NCBI GenBank assembly: GCA_026393975.1 | Contig: JAPKZD010000018.1 | Coordinates: 160,807-224,806 of the forward strand | Source of the DNA: Candidatus Aminicenantes bacterium | GTDB lineage: Bacteria; Acidobacteriota; Aminicenantia; Aminicenantales; Saccharicenantaceae | Direction: 5' to 3' | Length of the DNA stretch: 64,000 bases | Shown here: positions 1-9,835 of the stretch, piece after piece | Layout: each line of letters starts with the position of its first letter | How positions within the stretch are numbered: the first letter of the stretch is position 1 | Made by a program: the position numbers and the translations under genes | Notes under the pieces: generated by a model | Databases searched by the model: none | What the model was told of the DNA's origin: nothing | What the model saw: the letters and a program-made list of their open reading frames with translations, nothing else

Positions 1-1495
1 CGTCGTCGCCGTCACTCGCTTTTTCCAGGAGGGCGACGAGGCGCGGGAGATCCTTTTCTCCGGCGAGGTTGGCCAGGGCTCCGACAGCGGCCGAGCGGAC
101 CGCCGGTTCCGGGTCTTGGACCAGCACGAACACACGGTCGATCTCTTCCCGCGCCCCCTTTTCGCCGAGGACATCGATGAGGACCGCCTTGCCCGGCAGG
201 GGAGTGGAATCGAGGATGCGGACGCATTCCGGAACGACCAAAGTGCCGCGGTAGCCGAGGAGGGCCGCCCTCAGCGCGGGCATCTCCTCTTCGCCGGCGG
301 CGCCGACGAGCTTGACGATGTCGGGGAATACGGCCTCGCCGCCGAGCCGGGCCGCGGCGGGAATAGCGGCCAGCCGCACCAGCTTGTCCCGGCTGAGAAG
401 GCTTTCCCGGACGAAGGGCAGGGCCGCGGCGTCGCCGCGCCGGCCGAGCATGCCGACGATATCGGCCCGGACGTCCGGTCCGGACCCGGAGGCCTTTTCG
501 ACCCAATGGGCCGTCGCCTCGCTCCCCGGGATAGAGAGGGCCAGTTCGAGGGCGGCGGCGCGAAAGCCGCGGTCGGGGCTGTCGGCGGCCCGGAGTAGGT
601 CGGGGAGGGCCTTGCCCTTGAGGGCGGAGACGATGAGGGCCAGCGCTTCCGACGCGAAATGGCTTTCTTCGGGCCTTCCGTAAGAGGCGAGGACGGCCCG
701 GGCCGCGTCCAGCCCTTGGGCGGTCCGGCCGGTCTCGACCAGACGCCGGGCGAATAGAAGATAGAGAGAGGGCGCTTGCGCCCGTTCCCGGAACGAAACT
801 GCCACGCGGACCTTCGACAGAACCGGACCCGCCGCCGGGTCGCCGATGTTGGCCAGGGCGGAGAGGGCCGCCCGGCGCAGCCCTTCGTCCCCGCCTTCGG
901 CGAGGGCGAGGAGCTTTTTCAAGGCATCGCGGGCGCGGAGGTCCCCGAGCGACTTGACGACTGTCAGGCGGGCGCCCCGGGGCGCCGTGTCGAGCGACTT
1001 CAGGAAGGCTCTTGCCGCTTCCGGCCCGCCGATCGAGAGGAGCGCCGCCGCGGCCGGTCCGGCCAGCGTTTCGTCGGCGAGGTACCGGGCCACGGGCTTA
1101 ACGGATTCAGTCCTTCCGGCCACCTGGATCTGGGACAAGAGGAACGAGGCGACACTCTTATCCCGGCTCCCGGCCAGGGAGGCGAGGAGGGCGCGGATGA
1201 AAAGAGCGCGCTCGTTCTCCGCTCCCGGCCGGGTGACGTAGACGGCCAGGCCGTTCGCGGCGAACCTCGCCCGGGAGTCGTTTCCGCCTCCCGGAGGGAG
1301 CAGTCGGGAACAGATCTCCCCGACGCCTTGCGGGCCGAGCTTCAGGATCTCGGCGCAGAGGCCGTCCCTCACGGCGGCCGTCTCGGCCGGGAACCGTTCG
1401 AGGATCGACGAGACGCGCGGTTTCAGGTCCTCGGCGAGGAACGGGCCGGCGAGGACCGCGATAGCGAAAACGACGGCAAGGACTCGTTTCATCAT
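1..1495 (-). CDS. Secreted HEAT-repeat (PBS lyase-like) protein; partial, with the 3' end beyond the window start. Absent from the ORF track because it has no in-window stop.
   Basis: My own reverse-strand translation from the ATG at 1493-1495: MMKRVLAVVFAIAVLAGPFLAEDLKPRVSSILERFPAETAAVRDGLCAEILKLGP... Signal-peptide-like N-terminus, GGAGAAAG RBS upstream, repeated Ala/Leu/Arg-rich HEAT-like units, and no stops seen in that frame through the segments checked (about 960 nt from the start; the frame through position 1 was not fully verified). Confidence 0.65.
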   Translation of the reverse strand, partial: MMKRVLAVVFAIAVLAGPFLAEDLKPRVSSILERFPAETAAVRDGLCAEILKLGPQGVGEICSRLLPPGGGNDSRARFAANGLAVYVTRPGAENERALFIRALLASLAGSRDKSVASFLLSQIQVAGRTESVKPVARYLADETLAGPAAAALLSIGGPEAARAFLKSLDTAPRGARLTVVKSLGDLRARDALKKLLALAEGGDEGLRRAALSALANIGDPAAGPVLSKVRVAVSFRERAQAPSLYLLFARRLVETGRTAQGLDAARAVLASYGRPEESHFASEALALIVSALKGKALPDLLRAADSPDRGFRAAALELALSIPGSEATAHWVEKASGSGPDVRADIVGMLGRRGDAAALPFVRESLLSRDKLVRLAAIPAAARLGGEAVFPDIVKLVGAAGEEEMPALRAALLGYRGTLVVPECVRILDSTPLPGKAVLIDVLGEKGAREEIDRVFVLVQDPEPAVRSAAVGALANLAGEKDLPRLVALLEKASDGDD

Positions 1496-1514
1496 CTTTC
1501 TCCTCACGGCCGGC

Positions 1515-2786
1515 CTAAAGGTGCCAGGGGGCCCGCATGGGCTGGTCGATGAGGCGGTTGGCGGCCTCATCGCCGGGGAAAATCTCCCGCTCCGGGTCGT
1601 AATGGAGCGTCCGTCCGAGCTGGACGGCGATCTTGGCCAGGTTGACGAGAGTGCAGGAGCGGTGGCCGTTCCGTTCGTTGAGCGCGAACCGGCGCCTCGT
1701 CCGGACGGCCTCGGCGAAGTCGGTCGTCTGCGGCTCCGGGTCGGGCAGGGAGGCGAGCGTCTCCCTGAGGTTGGGGATGTCGGATTCGAAGCCGCGGAAG
1801 AGCTTCCCCTTCGGGCCCTCGAGGAAGGGCGCGTTCTTGTCCCGGTTCTCGCCGTCGAGGACGATGACGCAACCGTCGGCGTACTTCATCTCGATCCGCC
1901 GCCAGGTGCCGCAGGCGTCGGGGTGCTGCTGCGGACAGTCGGCCCAAACCTCGACCGGACTCGTCCCGTCCTTGTCCAGGATGTACTGGACGGGATCGAG
2001 GTAGTGCATGCCCATGTCTCCGAGTCCGCCGCCGTCGTAGTCCCAATAGCCGCGGAACGTGCCGTGGACACGGTGGGGATGGTAAGGCTTGTAAGGCGCG
2101 GGGCCGAGCCAGAAATCGTAGTCGAGCTCGGGCGGGACGGGCTCGGGCCGCTGGCTGGTCAGGCCGATCCAGTAGAACTTCCAGTCGAAGCCCGTCGTCG
2201 CGCTGACCGTCGCTTTCAACGGCCAGCCCAGAAGTCCGTTTTGGACGGCTTTCTTGATCGGCCGGACGTCGGTCCCGAAGCCGTAGAAGCGGTCCTCGAA
2301 GCGGAACCAGGTGTTGACCCGGAAGATCCGCCCGTTCCGCTTGACGGCCTCGACGACGGCGCGGCCCTCGGCGATGGTGCGGGTCATGGGCTTCTCGCAC
2401 CAGATGTCCTTGCCGGCCTCGGCGGCCGCGATAGAGATCAGGGCGTGCCAGTGAGGCGGCGTCGCGATGTGGATGATATCGATGTCGGGTCGCGCCAGGA
2501 CGTCGCGGAAATCCGCGTAGCCGGCGACCCCGGGCCCGGCGATCTCCATGGCCGAAGCCAGGTGCCCGCGGTCGACGTCGCAGACGGCCCGGAGGACGGC
2601 CCCGGGGTAGCCGAGGTGGCCCCGGCCCATGCCGCCGACCCCGATGACCGCCTTGGTCAACGTGTCGCTCGGGGCGAGCGTGCCCTGTCCTCCCAGGACA
2701 TGTCGAGGGACGATGGCCAGGGAAGCCGCGGCGGCGGCGCCTGTCCGGATGAATTGCCGGCGGGATATCCTATGGGAATGGGACAT
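1515..2786 (-). CDS. Gfo/Idh/MocA-family NAD-dependent oxidoreductase with a twin-arginine (Tat) signal peptide; possibly GH109-like.
   Basis: ORF 1515..2810. An internal Met at 2786 gives MSHSHRISRRQFIRTGAAAAASLA (RRxFI Tat motif) with a GGAGAGG RBS. Rossmann motif VIGVGGMGRGH and family motif EKPM. Confidence 0.8.
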   Translation of the reverse strand: MSHSHRISRRQFIRTGAAAAASLAIVPRHVLGGQGTLAPSDTLTKAVIGVGGMGRGHLGYPGAVLRAVCDVDRGHLASAMEIAGPGVAGYADFRDVLARPDIDIIHIATPPHWHALISIAAAEAGKDIWCEKPMTRTIAEGRAVVEAVKRNGRIFRVNTWFRFEDRFYGFGTDVRPIKKAVQNGLLGWPLKATVSATTGFDWKFYWIGLTSQRPEPVPPELDYDFWLGPAPYKPYHPHRVHGTFRGYWDYDGGGLGDMGMHYLDPVQYILDKDGTSPVEVWADCPQQHPDACGTWRRIEMKYADGCVIVLDGENRDKNAPFLEGPKGKLFRGFESDIPNLRETLASLPDPEPQTTDFAEAVRTRRRFALNERNGHRSCTLVNLAKIAVQLGRTLHYDPEREIFPGDEAANRLIDQPMRAPWHL

Positions 2787-2898
2787 GGGTCGATCCTCTC
2801 CAGAGGGCATTGGCGGACATTATATTACAATTTTCCGGAAGATTATGGAAAGGCGCCAGTCTAAAAAGATGAATGGCTGAAGTATAAAGGAGGTCCCC

Positions 2899-5016
2899 GT
2901 GCGTCGATTTCTGGCCAGGTTCCCTCGTCCGGCGGCAACCCTGCCGGTCCTCTTAGTTCTCGGACTCGCGCTCACGGCCGGCCCCGCGGCCGGCCAGGAA
3001 ACGCCGAGGTATCACGCGGAGATGACGTCGGTGCTCCAGACGCTGGCCGGGGCCCACAAGACGATCGCCCGCCTCGAATCCATCGGCAAGACCCGCGGCG
3101 GCCGCGACATCTGGGCCCTGGAGATCGCCAACCCGGCCGGCGTTCCGCCCGCCAAGCGGCCGGCTCTGCTCGTGGCGGCCAATTTCGAAGGCGACCACCT
3201 CGTCGGGAGCGAGATCGCCCTCTCCGTGGCCGGATTCCTCCTGGAGAACTACCCCGGCGATCCCGACGTCAAGCAGAGGCTCGACAATTCGACGATCTAT
3301 ATCATCCCCCGGGTCAATCCCGACGGTGCCGAGGGCTACTTCGCTCCCATAAAAACCGGACGGAGGACGAACGCGACGCCCCGCGACGACGACAACGACG
3401 GCCGCGTCGACGAGGACGGACCCGAAGACCTGAACGGCGACGGCTTCATCACCGTCATGCGGGTCAAGGCCGCCGGCGGGGAGTATATGATCGACCCGGA
3501 TGAGCCCCGCCTGATGAAAAAGGCCGACCCGAAGAAGGGGGAAACGGGAGCCTATAAAATATTCTGGGAGGGGATCGACCGCGACAAGGACGGCTTCATC
3601 GGGGAGGACCCTATCGGGGGCACCGACCTCAACCGGAACTTCATGCATGACTATCCATATTACAAGCCCGACGCCGGGCGATACATGGTTAGCGAGAAAG
3701 AATCTCAGGCCCTCATGGCCTGGATCATCGCCCATCGCAACGTGGCCGCGATCCTGACCTTCGGGGAGAGCGACAACCTGATCGCCCCGCCGGCGGGCGG
3801 GCGCATGGGTTCTTCCCGCGAGCTCGACCTCGTCCGTTTCGCCGACGCCGGAAACGCCCTGGCCCAGACCGTGGGCATGATCCAGGCGGGCGACGGAGTT
3901 GGCCCGGGCTTCGGCCGCTTCACGGGCGGGGAGTTCTCTTTCGAGATGACGGGCGATTTCCCGCGGCAGACGCGGCAACAGCAGGCCCAGCCGGCGGCCC
4001 AGGAAGGCGGCCGGTTCCGGATGCCAGACCGCAAGGCCCCGACGACGGTCAACACGGCCGACATCGAATATTTCCGGACGGTTAGCGAAAAATATGTCGA
4101 GCTGACCGGGATCCGTCAGCCTCTTTACGTCCGGGAGCCCCAGGGCGCTTTCTTCCAGTACGGCTACTTCCAGTTTGGCGTCCCCTCTTTCTCGACGCCT
4201 GGGTTCGGACTGGCAACGGCCGAATCCACCGGACAACGCCGGATGGGCATGACCCCGCCCGGGGCAGGGGCGGGCGGCGAGCCCGGTCCGCAGGCCCAGG
4301 CTGGACAAGCCGGCCGGCAGGAGCCGAGGACGGGCGGCACGACCGCGACCGTCGTCGTCTCGGGCGGCGGCCAGGAGATCATCCAGATAATGCAGGGCGG
4401 ACGCGGCGGCGAGATGGCCCGGGCGTTCCAGGGGCAGGCCGGGGCGGCGGCGGAGTCCGGGCTGGTCACCGCACCCGGCGTCGACAGGCAGATCCTCCGC
4501 TGGATGGACGCCGAAAAGGTCGACGGTTTCATCAAGTGGGCTAAGTTCAACCATCCCGATCTTGGCGAGGTCGAGATCGGCGGCTTCAAGCCCTACGCGG
4601 TCACTAACCCGTCCGCGGCCAAGATCGCGGAGCTCGGCGCCTCCCACACCAAGTTCGTTCTCTACCTCGCGTCCCTTTTCCCGAAGGTCAAGATCGCCAA
4701 GCTCGAGGTCCTGAACCACGGCGGCGGGATTTTCCGGATCAAGGCCGAGGTCGAAAACATTGGCTTTCTGCCGACGGCGCTGGCCCATGCTGTGTCGGCG
4801 CGGGCCGTTCGGCCGACCATGGTCCAGCTCCAGGTCAAGCCCGAAGCCATCCTCTCTGGCAACGCCAAGACGAATTACATTCAGACGCTGTCCGGGTCCG
4901 GGAGCGGTCGCGGCAAATTCGAGTGGCTCATCCGGGCCGGGGCCGGCGACGTCGTCGCCCTCAAGGTCGTCTCGGAAAAGGGCGGCACGGACACGGCCAA
5001 GGTCACCCTGAAGTGA
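2899..5016 (+). CDS. M14-family zinc carboxypeptidase, secreted, with a Gly/Gln/Ala-rich low-complexity insertion.
   Basis: GTG start after an AAGGAGG RBS, signal peptide, and M14 motifs (NANFEGDHLVGSE, IPRVNPDG). C-terminal region homologous to the next gene (HPDLGEVEIGG). Confidence 0.8.
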   Translation: MRRFLARFPRPAATLPVLLVLGLALTAGPAAGQETPRYHAEMTSVLQTLAGAHKTIARLESIGKTRGGRDIWALEIANPAGVPPAKRPALLVAANFEGDHLVGSEIALSVAGFLLENYPGDPDVKQRLDNSTIYIIPRVNPDGAEGYFAPIKTGRRTNATPRDDDNDGRVDEDGPEDLNGDGFITVMRVKAAGGEYMIDPDEPRLMKKADPKKGETGAYKIFWEGIDRDKDGFIGEDPIGGTDLNRNFMHDYPYYKPDAGRYMVSEKESQALMAWIIAHRNVAAILTFGESDNLIAPPAGGRMGSSRELDLVRFADAGNALAQTVGMIQAGDGVGPGFGRFTGGEFSFEMTGDFPRQTRQQQAQPAAQEGGRFRMPDRKAPTTVNTADIEYFRTVSEKYVELTGIRQPLYVREPQGAFFQYGYFQFGVPSFSTPGFGLATAESTGQRRMGMTPPGAGAGGEPGPQAQAGQAGRQEPRTGGTTATVVVSGGGQEIIQIMQGGRGGEMARAFQGQAGAAAESGLVTAPGVDRQILRWMDAEKVDGFIKWAKFNHPDLGEVEIGGFKPYAVTNPSAAKIAELGASHTKFVLYLASLFPKVKIAKLEVLNHGGGIFRIKAEVENIGFLPTALAHAVSARAVRPTMVQLQVKPEAILSGNAKTNYIQTLSGSGSGRGKFEWLIRAGAGDVVALKVVSEKGGTDTAKVTLK

Positions 5017-5029
5017 AGGGAGGACGACG

Positions 5030-6850
5030 ATGAAGACGATACGCGAAACGAGATCCAAGATGAAAAGAACAGGTACGATCCTGGCGCTAACGATGCTCGG
5101 CGCCATCCTCCTGGCGCTGGTTTCTCCCGTGGCCTTCGGTCAGAAAGCCTCCGACCCGCCGTTCAAAGTCAAGCTCGACTTCAACCGCTGGCACGACGTC
5201 CCCGATCTTTACGCGGACTTCCAGAGGCTCCAGGCCGCCTTCCCCAGGTTCCTCGAGTTCAAGTCCATCGGCAAGTCCTATGAAGGCCGGGACCTGATGG
5301 TCCTGACGATCAACAACCCGGAGACGGGCCCCGAGATGAGCAAAGCGGCCATGTACATCGAGGCCAACGTCCACGGCAACGAGATCCAGGGCGCCGAGGT
5401 CTGCCTCTACACGGCCTGGTACCTGATGGAGAACTACGGCCGTCTCGATGACGTCACGAGGCTCGTCAACGAGCGCGTTTTTTACATCATCCCGACCGTC
5501 AATCCCGACGGACGACAGTACTTTATGGAGACCCCCTCGGGCGTCAGCGCCCGGTCGGGCCACGTCCCGGTCGACGACGACGGAGATTGGCTGGTCGACG
5601 AGGACAAGCCCGATGACCTCAACGGCAATGGCATCATCGAGCAGATCCGGAAATATGTTCCTGGCAAGGGAAACTATAGGATCAACCGGGCCAGCCCCAA
5701 CATGCTGGAACCCGTGCCCTTCGGCGAAACCGGGGACTACATCCTCCTCGGCCGAGAAGGTCTCGACAACGACGGTGATGGTTTCGTCGATGAGGACAAC
5801 TTCGGCGAGTACGACGGGAACCGGAACTGGGCGGCCGATTGGCAGCCGAATTACATCCAGCGGGGCGCCATGGACTACCCCTTCCAGCTCCCCGAGGCCA
5901 AGGCGGTCAACGATTTCCTGACGGCCCATCCGAATGTCGCCGGCGTCCAGTCGTACCACAACTCCGGCGGCATGATCCTGCGGGGCCCGGGCGCCGAGGC
6001 CGCGGGCGATTACCCGATGAGCGATGCCCGCTTCTACGACGAGCTCGGACAGAACGGCGAACGCGTCCTGCCGTTCTACCGCTACCTCGTGATCTGGAGC
6101 GGACTCTACACCGTCCACGGAGGCTTCATCGACTGGACGAACGACGGCCTGGGCATCATTTCCTTCAGCAACGAACTCTGGAGCGGCGAGCAGTATTTCA
6201 CGAGCCCCAACCTCAAGGAGCAGCAGCAGAACCCTTCGAGTCCGATCGCGCCCAACGTCTCCCGGTACTTTTTCGACAAGTATCTCGAGTTCGGCCAGGA
6301 GTACCAGCCCTGGAAAAAATTCACCCACCCCCAATTCGGCGAGGTCGAGATCGGCGGTGCCTGGAGGAAGTTCCAAGGCCGGGTCCCGCCCCGCTTCATG
6401 AGCGAGGAGCTCTGCCACCGGAACATGGCCTTCACCCTCTACCAGGCGGACGAGATGCCTATGATCAAGATGGGCGAGACGAACGTCGAAAAAGTCGGCG
6501 GGGACGTCTACAGGGTGTTCGTCAATTTCACGAACCCCAAGGTCGCGCCGACGATCATGGCCCGGGCCGCCCAAAATAACGTCGTCCGGCCCGACCTTCT
6601 GACCCTCGAGGGCAAGAACGCCGAAGTCATCGCGGCGAGCTTTATCGACAACAAGGAGCTCTATAAGATCAAGCCCTCGGTCACTCAGCTCATCGACCAG
6701 AAGGACCTCAAGCGGATCTTGGTCCGCAACGGGCAGGCCGGGAGGACGACCCGGACCGTCATGTACCTCGTCAAGGGGTCGGGGGCGATCACAGTGATTT
6801 ACGACAGCGTGAAAGGCGGCCAGGCGAGCAAGACGATCAACCTTCAGTAG
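5030..6850 (+). CDS. M14-family zinc carboxypeptidase, a tandem paralog of the upstream gene.
   Basis: Signal peptide, zinc-binding motif EANVHGNEIQG, IPTVNPDG and HPQFGEVEIGG. The alternative start at 5060 (MKRTG) is equally plausible. Confidence 0.8.
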   Translation: MKTIRETRSKMKRTGTILALTMLGAILLALVSPVAFGQKASDPPFKVKLDFNRWHDVPDLYADFQRLQAAFPRFLEFKSIGKSYEGRDLMVLTINNPETGPEMSKAAMYIEANVHGNEIQGAEVCLYTAWYLMENYGRLDDVTRLVNERVFYIIPTVNPDGRQYFMETPSGVSARSGHVPVDDDGDWLVDEDKPDDLNGNGIIEQIRKYVPGKGNYRINRASPNMLEPVPFGETGDYILLGREGLDNDGDGFVDEDNFGEYDGNRNWAADWQPNYIQRGAMDYPFQLPEAKAVNDFLTAHPNVAGVQSYHNSGGMILRGPGAEAAGDYPMSDARFYDELGQNGERVLPFYRYLVIWSGLYTVHGGFIDWTNDGLGIISFSNELWSGEQYFTSPNLKEQQQNPSSPIAPNVSRYFFDKYLEFGQEYQPWKKFTHPQFGEVEIGGAWRKFQGRVPPRFMSEELCHRNMAFTLYQADEMPMIKMGETNVEKVGGDVYRVFVNFTNPKVAPTIMARAAQNNVVRPDLLTLEGKNAEVIAASFIDNKELYKIKPSVTQLIDQKDLKRILVRNGQAGRTTRTVMYLVKGSGAITVIYDSVKGGQASKTINLQ

Positions 6851-6932
6851 CCTGCGGAATCAGCGGCTAACAAGGGCAGGGGAACTTTCCAGCCCTGGAA
6901 TCCGTCCCTACAAATGAAGGATGGAGGTACGT

Positions 6933-7697
6933 ATGAGAAAAACGGCCCTTTTGCTTTCCTTTTTAATCCTGGCGGCCTTCCCGGCCGTGGGCTTCGAGAA
7001 GGTCCAGAGGCTGACCCTTCCCGCCGACGGGCTCACGAAGCTCGAAATAACGGCCGGGGCCGGGTCTCTCACGGTTTCGGGCCGCGATGGCCTGGCCGCG
7101 GTCGAAGTCGAGGTCCGCATCTCTGTTTCCGGCGTCGACGAAAAAGAAATGGAGGACTGGATCAAGACCCATGTCGAGCTCGAGCTCCGCAAGGCGGGGG
7201 ACGCCGGGGTCCTGGTCGGTGAGATCCATTCCCGCGGCCTGTTCTCCTTTTTCGAGGGGGACGCCAGGATCGATCTCACGGTGTCTGTCCCGAAATCCAT
7301 CGGCTTGAAGATCGACGACGGCTCGGGCGAGATGGTCGTGGAAGATCTCAAGGCGGACATCCGCATCAAGGACGGCTCCGGGGCGATCCGGGTCGGCAAG
7401 GTCACCGGGAACCTCCGGATCGACGATGGCTCGGGAGAGATCGCCGTCGACGGCGTCGAGGGAAACGTGGACATCATCGACGGTTCGGGCGGCATGGAGG
7501 TCCGGAACGTCACCGGCGACGTCTCCGTCGACGACGGTTCGGGCGGGATCACCCTGCTGAAGATGGGTGGAAACGTGACCATCGACGACGGGTCCGGCCA
7601 CCTGGAAATCGACGACGTCGGCAAGGACGTTCATCTGAGGCACAAGGGGAGCGGCAGCGTCGATATCGCGAACGTTCGAGGCAAGGTCATCCGCTAG
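6933..7697 (+). CDS. DUF4097-family repeat protein (putative adhesin-like beta-helix), secreted.
   Basis: Signal peptide MRKTALLLSFLILAAFPAVG and a GGAGG RBS 5 nt upstream. At least six repeats of the I/VDDGSG(x)I motif are typical of DUF4097. Confidence 0.7.
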   Translation: MRKTALLLSFLILAAFPAVGFEKVQRLTLPADGLTKLEITAGAGSLTVSGRDGLAAVEVEVRISVSGVDEKEMEDWIKTHVELELRKAGDAGVLVGEIHSRGLFSFFEGDARIDLTVSVPKSIGLKIDDGSGEMVVEDLKADIRIKDGSGAIRVGKVTGNLRIDDGSGEIAVDGVEGNVDIIDGSGGMEVRNVTGDVSVDDGSGGITLLKMGGNVTIDDGSGHLEIDDVGKDVHLRHKGSGSVDIANVRGKVIR

Positions 7698-7818
7698 AAA
7701 CGCCCGCCGGCCGGGACGAGAAGCGGTCGGGTCACGCTGAATCCTTATGCCCGGACGAAGGAAAGGGGGATAGCTCGGAGTCTTCCGCCGGGCTAAGCCC
7801 CCGCGTTGACCCGCCCGA

Positions 7819-9708
7819 TCAGAACAGCCCGGTCACCTTGCCGGTCGCGAGGTCGAGGTCGACGTCGTAGTAGACCGGCCGCGTCGGCAGGCCGGGCATA
7901 GTCCTTATGTCGCCGCAGAGGGGGTAGAGAAAACCGGCCCCGACGCTGGCCCGGATGTCGCGGACAGGGATCCTGAATCCTTTGGGAACACCCTTTAATT
8001 CCGGATTGTGACTCAGGCTGAGGTGCGTCTTGGCCATGCAGATGGGCAGCTTGTCGAAACCCAGCCGCGTGTAGAGCTCGATTTTGGCCTCCGCCTCCGG
8101 GGTGTAATCGACGCCGTCGGCGCCGTAGATCCGCGTCGCGATCGTCTCGATCTTCTTCTTGATGTCCCAATCGAGCGGATAGAGGAAGCGGAAGTTCCCG
8201 GGCTTGGCGCAAGCGGCGATGACGGCCTTGGCCAGGGCGACGGCCCCGGCCCCGCCTTCGGCCCAGTGGTCGGACATGACGGCGTCCTCGGCGCCGGCCG
8301 CGACGGCGGCCTGGCGGACCATCTCGATCTCGGCGTCCGTGTCCGTGGCGAAGCGGTTGACCGCGATGACGACGGGGACGCCGAAGGCCAGGGCGTTCTT
8401 GAGGTGGGCGACCATGTTGGGCAGGCCCTTTTCCAGGAGGCCGAGGTTCTCGTCGGTGTATTCCGGGGCGAGGGGCTTGCCGGCGACGACCTTGGGCCCG
8501 CCGCCGTGCATCTTGAGGGCGCGGATGGTGGCCACAATGACGACCGCGCTCGGGACGAGGCCGCTGGCCCGGCATTTGATGTTCATGAATTTTTCCATGC
8601 CGCAGTCGGCCCCGAATCCCGATTCCGTGACGACGAAACCGTCCTTGCCGACGAGGCGGAGCGCGATCTGGTCGGCGATGATCGAGGAGTTGCCGTGGGC
8701 GATGTTGGCGAAGGGCCCGGCGTGGACGATGGCCGCCGTATTCTCGACGGTCTGCATGAGGTTGGGCATGATGGCGTCCTTCATCAGGACGGTCAGGGCC
8801 CCGGCGACGCCGAGGTCGTCGGCCGTGACGGCTGCGCCCGCCCGGCTGGTGCCGATGACGATCCGGCCCAGCCGCTCGCGCATGTCGGCGACACCCGTGG
8901 TCAAGGCCAGGATGGCCATGATCTCGCTGGCGACGGAGATGTCGAAGCCCGTTTCGCGGACCATGCCTTTTTCCTCGGGGCCCAGGCCGATCTTGACGAC
9001 GCGGAGGAAGCGGTCGCTGATGTCGAGGACGCGGTTCCAGGTGATGGTGGCCGGGTCGATGTCGAGCCGGAACATGCGGCGCTTCTCCTCCGGCGTCAGG
9101 TCGGCGGGGTTCGTCTTGTCGATGCCCAACTTCTTGAGGCGGCGGAGCATGATCGGGGAGAAGCGGCGTTCGCCCTTCTTGTTGGCCGGGCAGAAAGCGT
9201 TGAAGAGCTTCTCGTCGTCCTGGCTCGATTCGTGGAGGATGCGGACGTCGATGGCCGCAGCCAGGAGGTCGTGGGAGGCGGTGACGGCGTGGATGTCTCC
9301 CGTCAGGTGGAGGTTGAAGTCCTCCATGGGCACGACCTGGGAATAGCCGCCCCCCGCCGCTCCGCCCTTGATGCCGAAGGTCGGCCCCATGCTCGGCTGG
9401 CGGACGACGGTGACGACCTTTTTCCCCAGATGGGCGCCGAGGGCCTGGCTGAGACCGACCGTGGTCGTCGTCTTGCCCTCCCCGAGCGGCGTCGGCGTGA
9501 TGGCCGTCACGTCGACGTAGTGGCCCAGGGGGCGGTCCTTCATCCGATCGAGGACGTCGAGGTGGATCTTGGCCTTGTGCTTGCCGTAGAGGTCCAGATC
9601 GTCCTCGCCGAGGCCGAGCTGTTCCGCGATCTTGACGATGGGCAGGAGCTCGGTGGCCTGGGCGATGTCGAGGTCGCTCGGGACGGGCTTGACGGGCTTC
9701 ACGGACAT
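7819..9708 (-). CDS. fhs: Formate--tetrahydrofolate ligase (10-formyl-THF synthetase).
   Basis: Full-length match to Fhs family hallmarks: [42 protein letters not shown], ending KTHLSLSH and MPGLP. Confidence 0.93.
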   Translation of the reverse strand: MSVKPVKPVPSDLDIAQATELLPIVKIAEQLGLGEDDLDLYGKHKAKIHLDVLDRMKDRPLGHYVDVTAITPTPLGEGKTTTTVGLSQALGAHLGKKVVTVVRQPSMGPTFGIKGGAAGGGYSQVVPMEDFNLHLTGDIHAVTASHDLLAAAIDVRILHESSQDDEKLFNAFCPANKKGERRFSPIMLRRLKKLGIDKTNPADLTPEEKRRMFRLDIDPATITWNRVLDISDRFLRVVKIGLGPEEKGMVRETGFDISVASEIMAILALTTGVADMRERLGRIVIGTSRAGAAVTADDLGVAGALTVLMKDAIMPNLMQTVENTAAIVHAGPFANIAHGNSSIIADQIALRLVGKDGFVVTESGFGADCGMEKFMNIKCRASGLVPSAVVIVATIRALKMHGGGPKVVAGKPLAPEYTDENLGLLEKGLPNMVAHLKNALAFGVPVVIAVNRFATDTDAEIEMVRQAAVAAGAEDAVMSDHWAEGGAGAVALAKAVIAACAKPGNFRFLYPLDWDIKKKIETIATRIYGADGVDYTPEAEAKIELYTRLGFDKLPICMAKTHLSLSHNPELKGVPKGFRIPVRDIRASVGAGFLYPLCGDIRTMPGLPTRPVYYDVDLDLATGKVTGLF

Positions 9709-9835
9709 GTTTGACGACTCCCTGTTCCAGAATTTATTGGCGATGCGGCGCGCGGTTCTGGGCTCATCATCGGCGAGTCCCTATCGTAACGATTTGGCCC
9801 GGAGAAAACAAGGCTTCCCGCCGGGCCCGGTCCGG

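Noticed and set aside
2953-5106. Very long antisense ORFs (for example 2953..5106, 5087..6574, 8008..9714, 20117..21505, 39634..41052, 46933..48591, 48198..50321, 51083..53275, 58963..60762) with Arg/Gly/Pro/Asp-rich low-complexity translations.
   Set aside because: They lie opposite or out of frame to genes with unambiguous family motifs. Stop-free antisense frames are expected at about 67% GC. None has a recognisable domain or RBS.
9709-9835. Rho-independent terminator after the outer-membrane protein gene / fhs promoter elements.
   Set aside because: A GGCCCGG...CCGGGCC stem exists but no U-tract follows on the transcribed strand. It is too weak to call.
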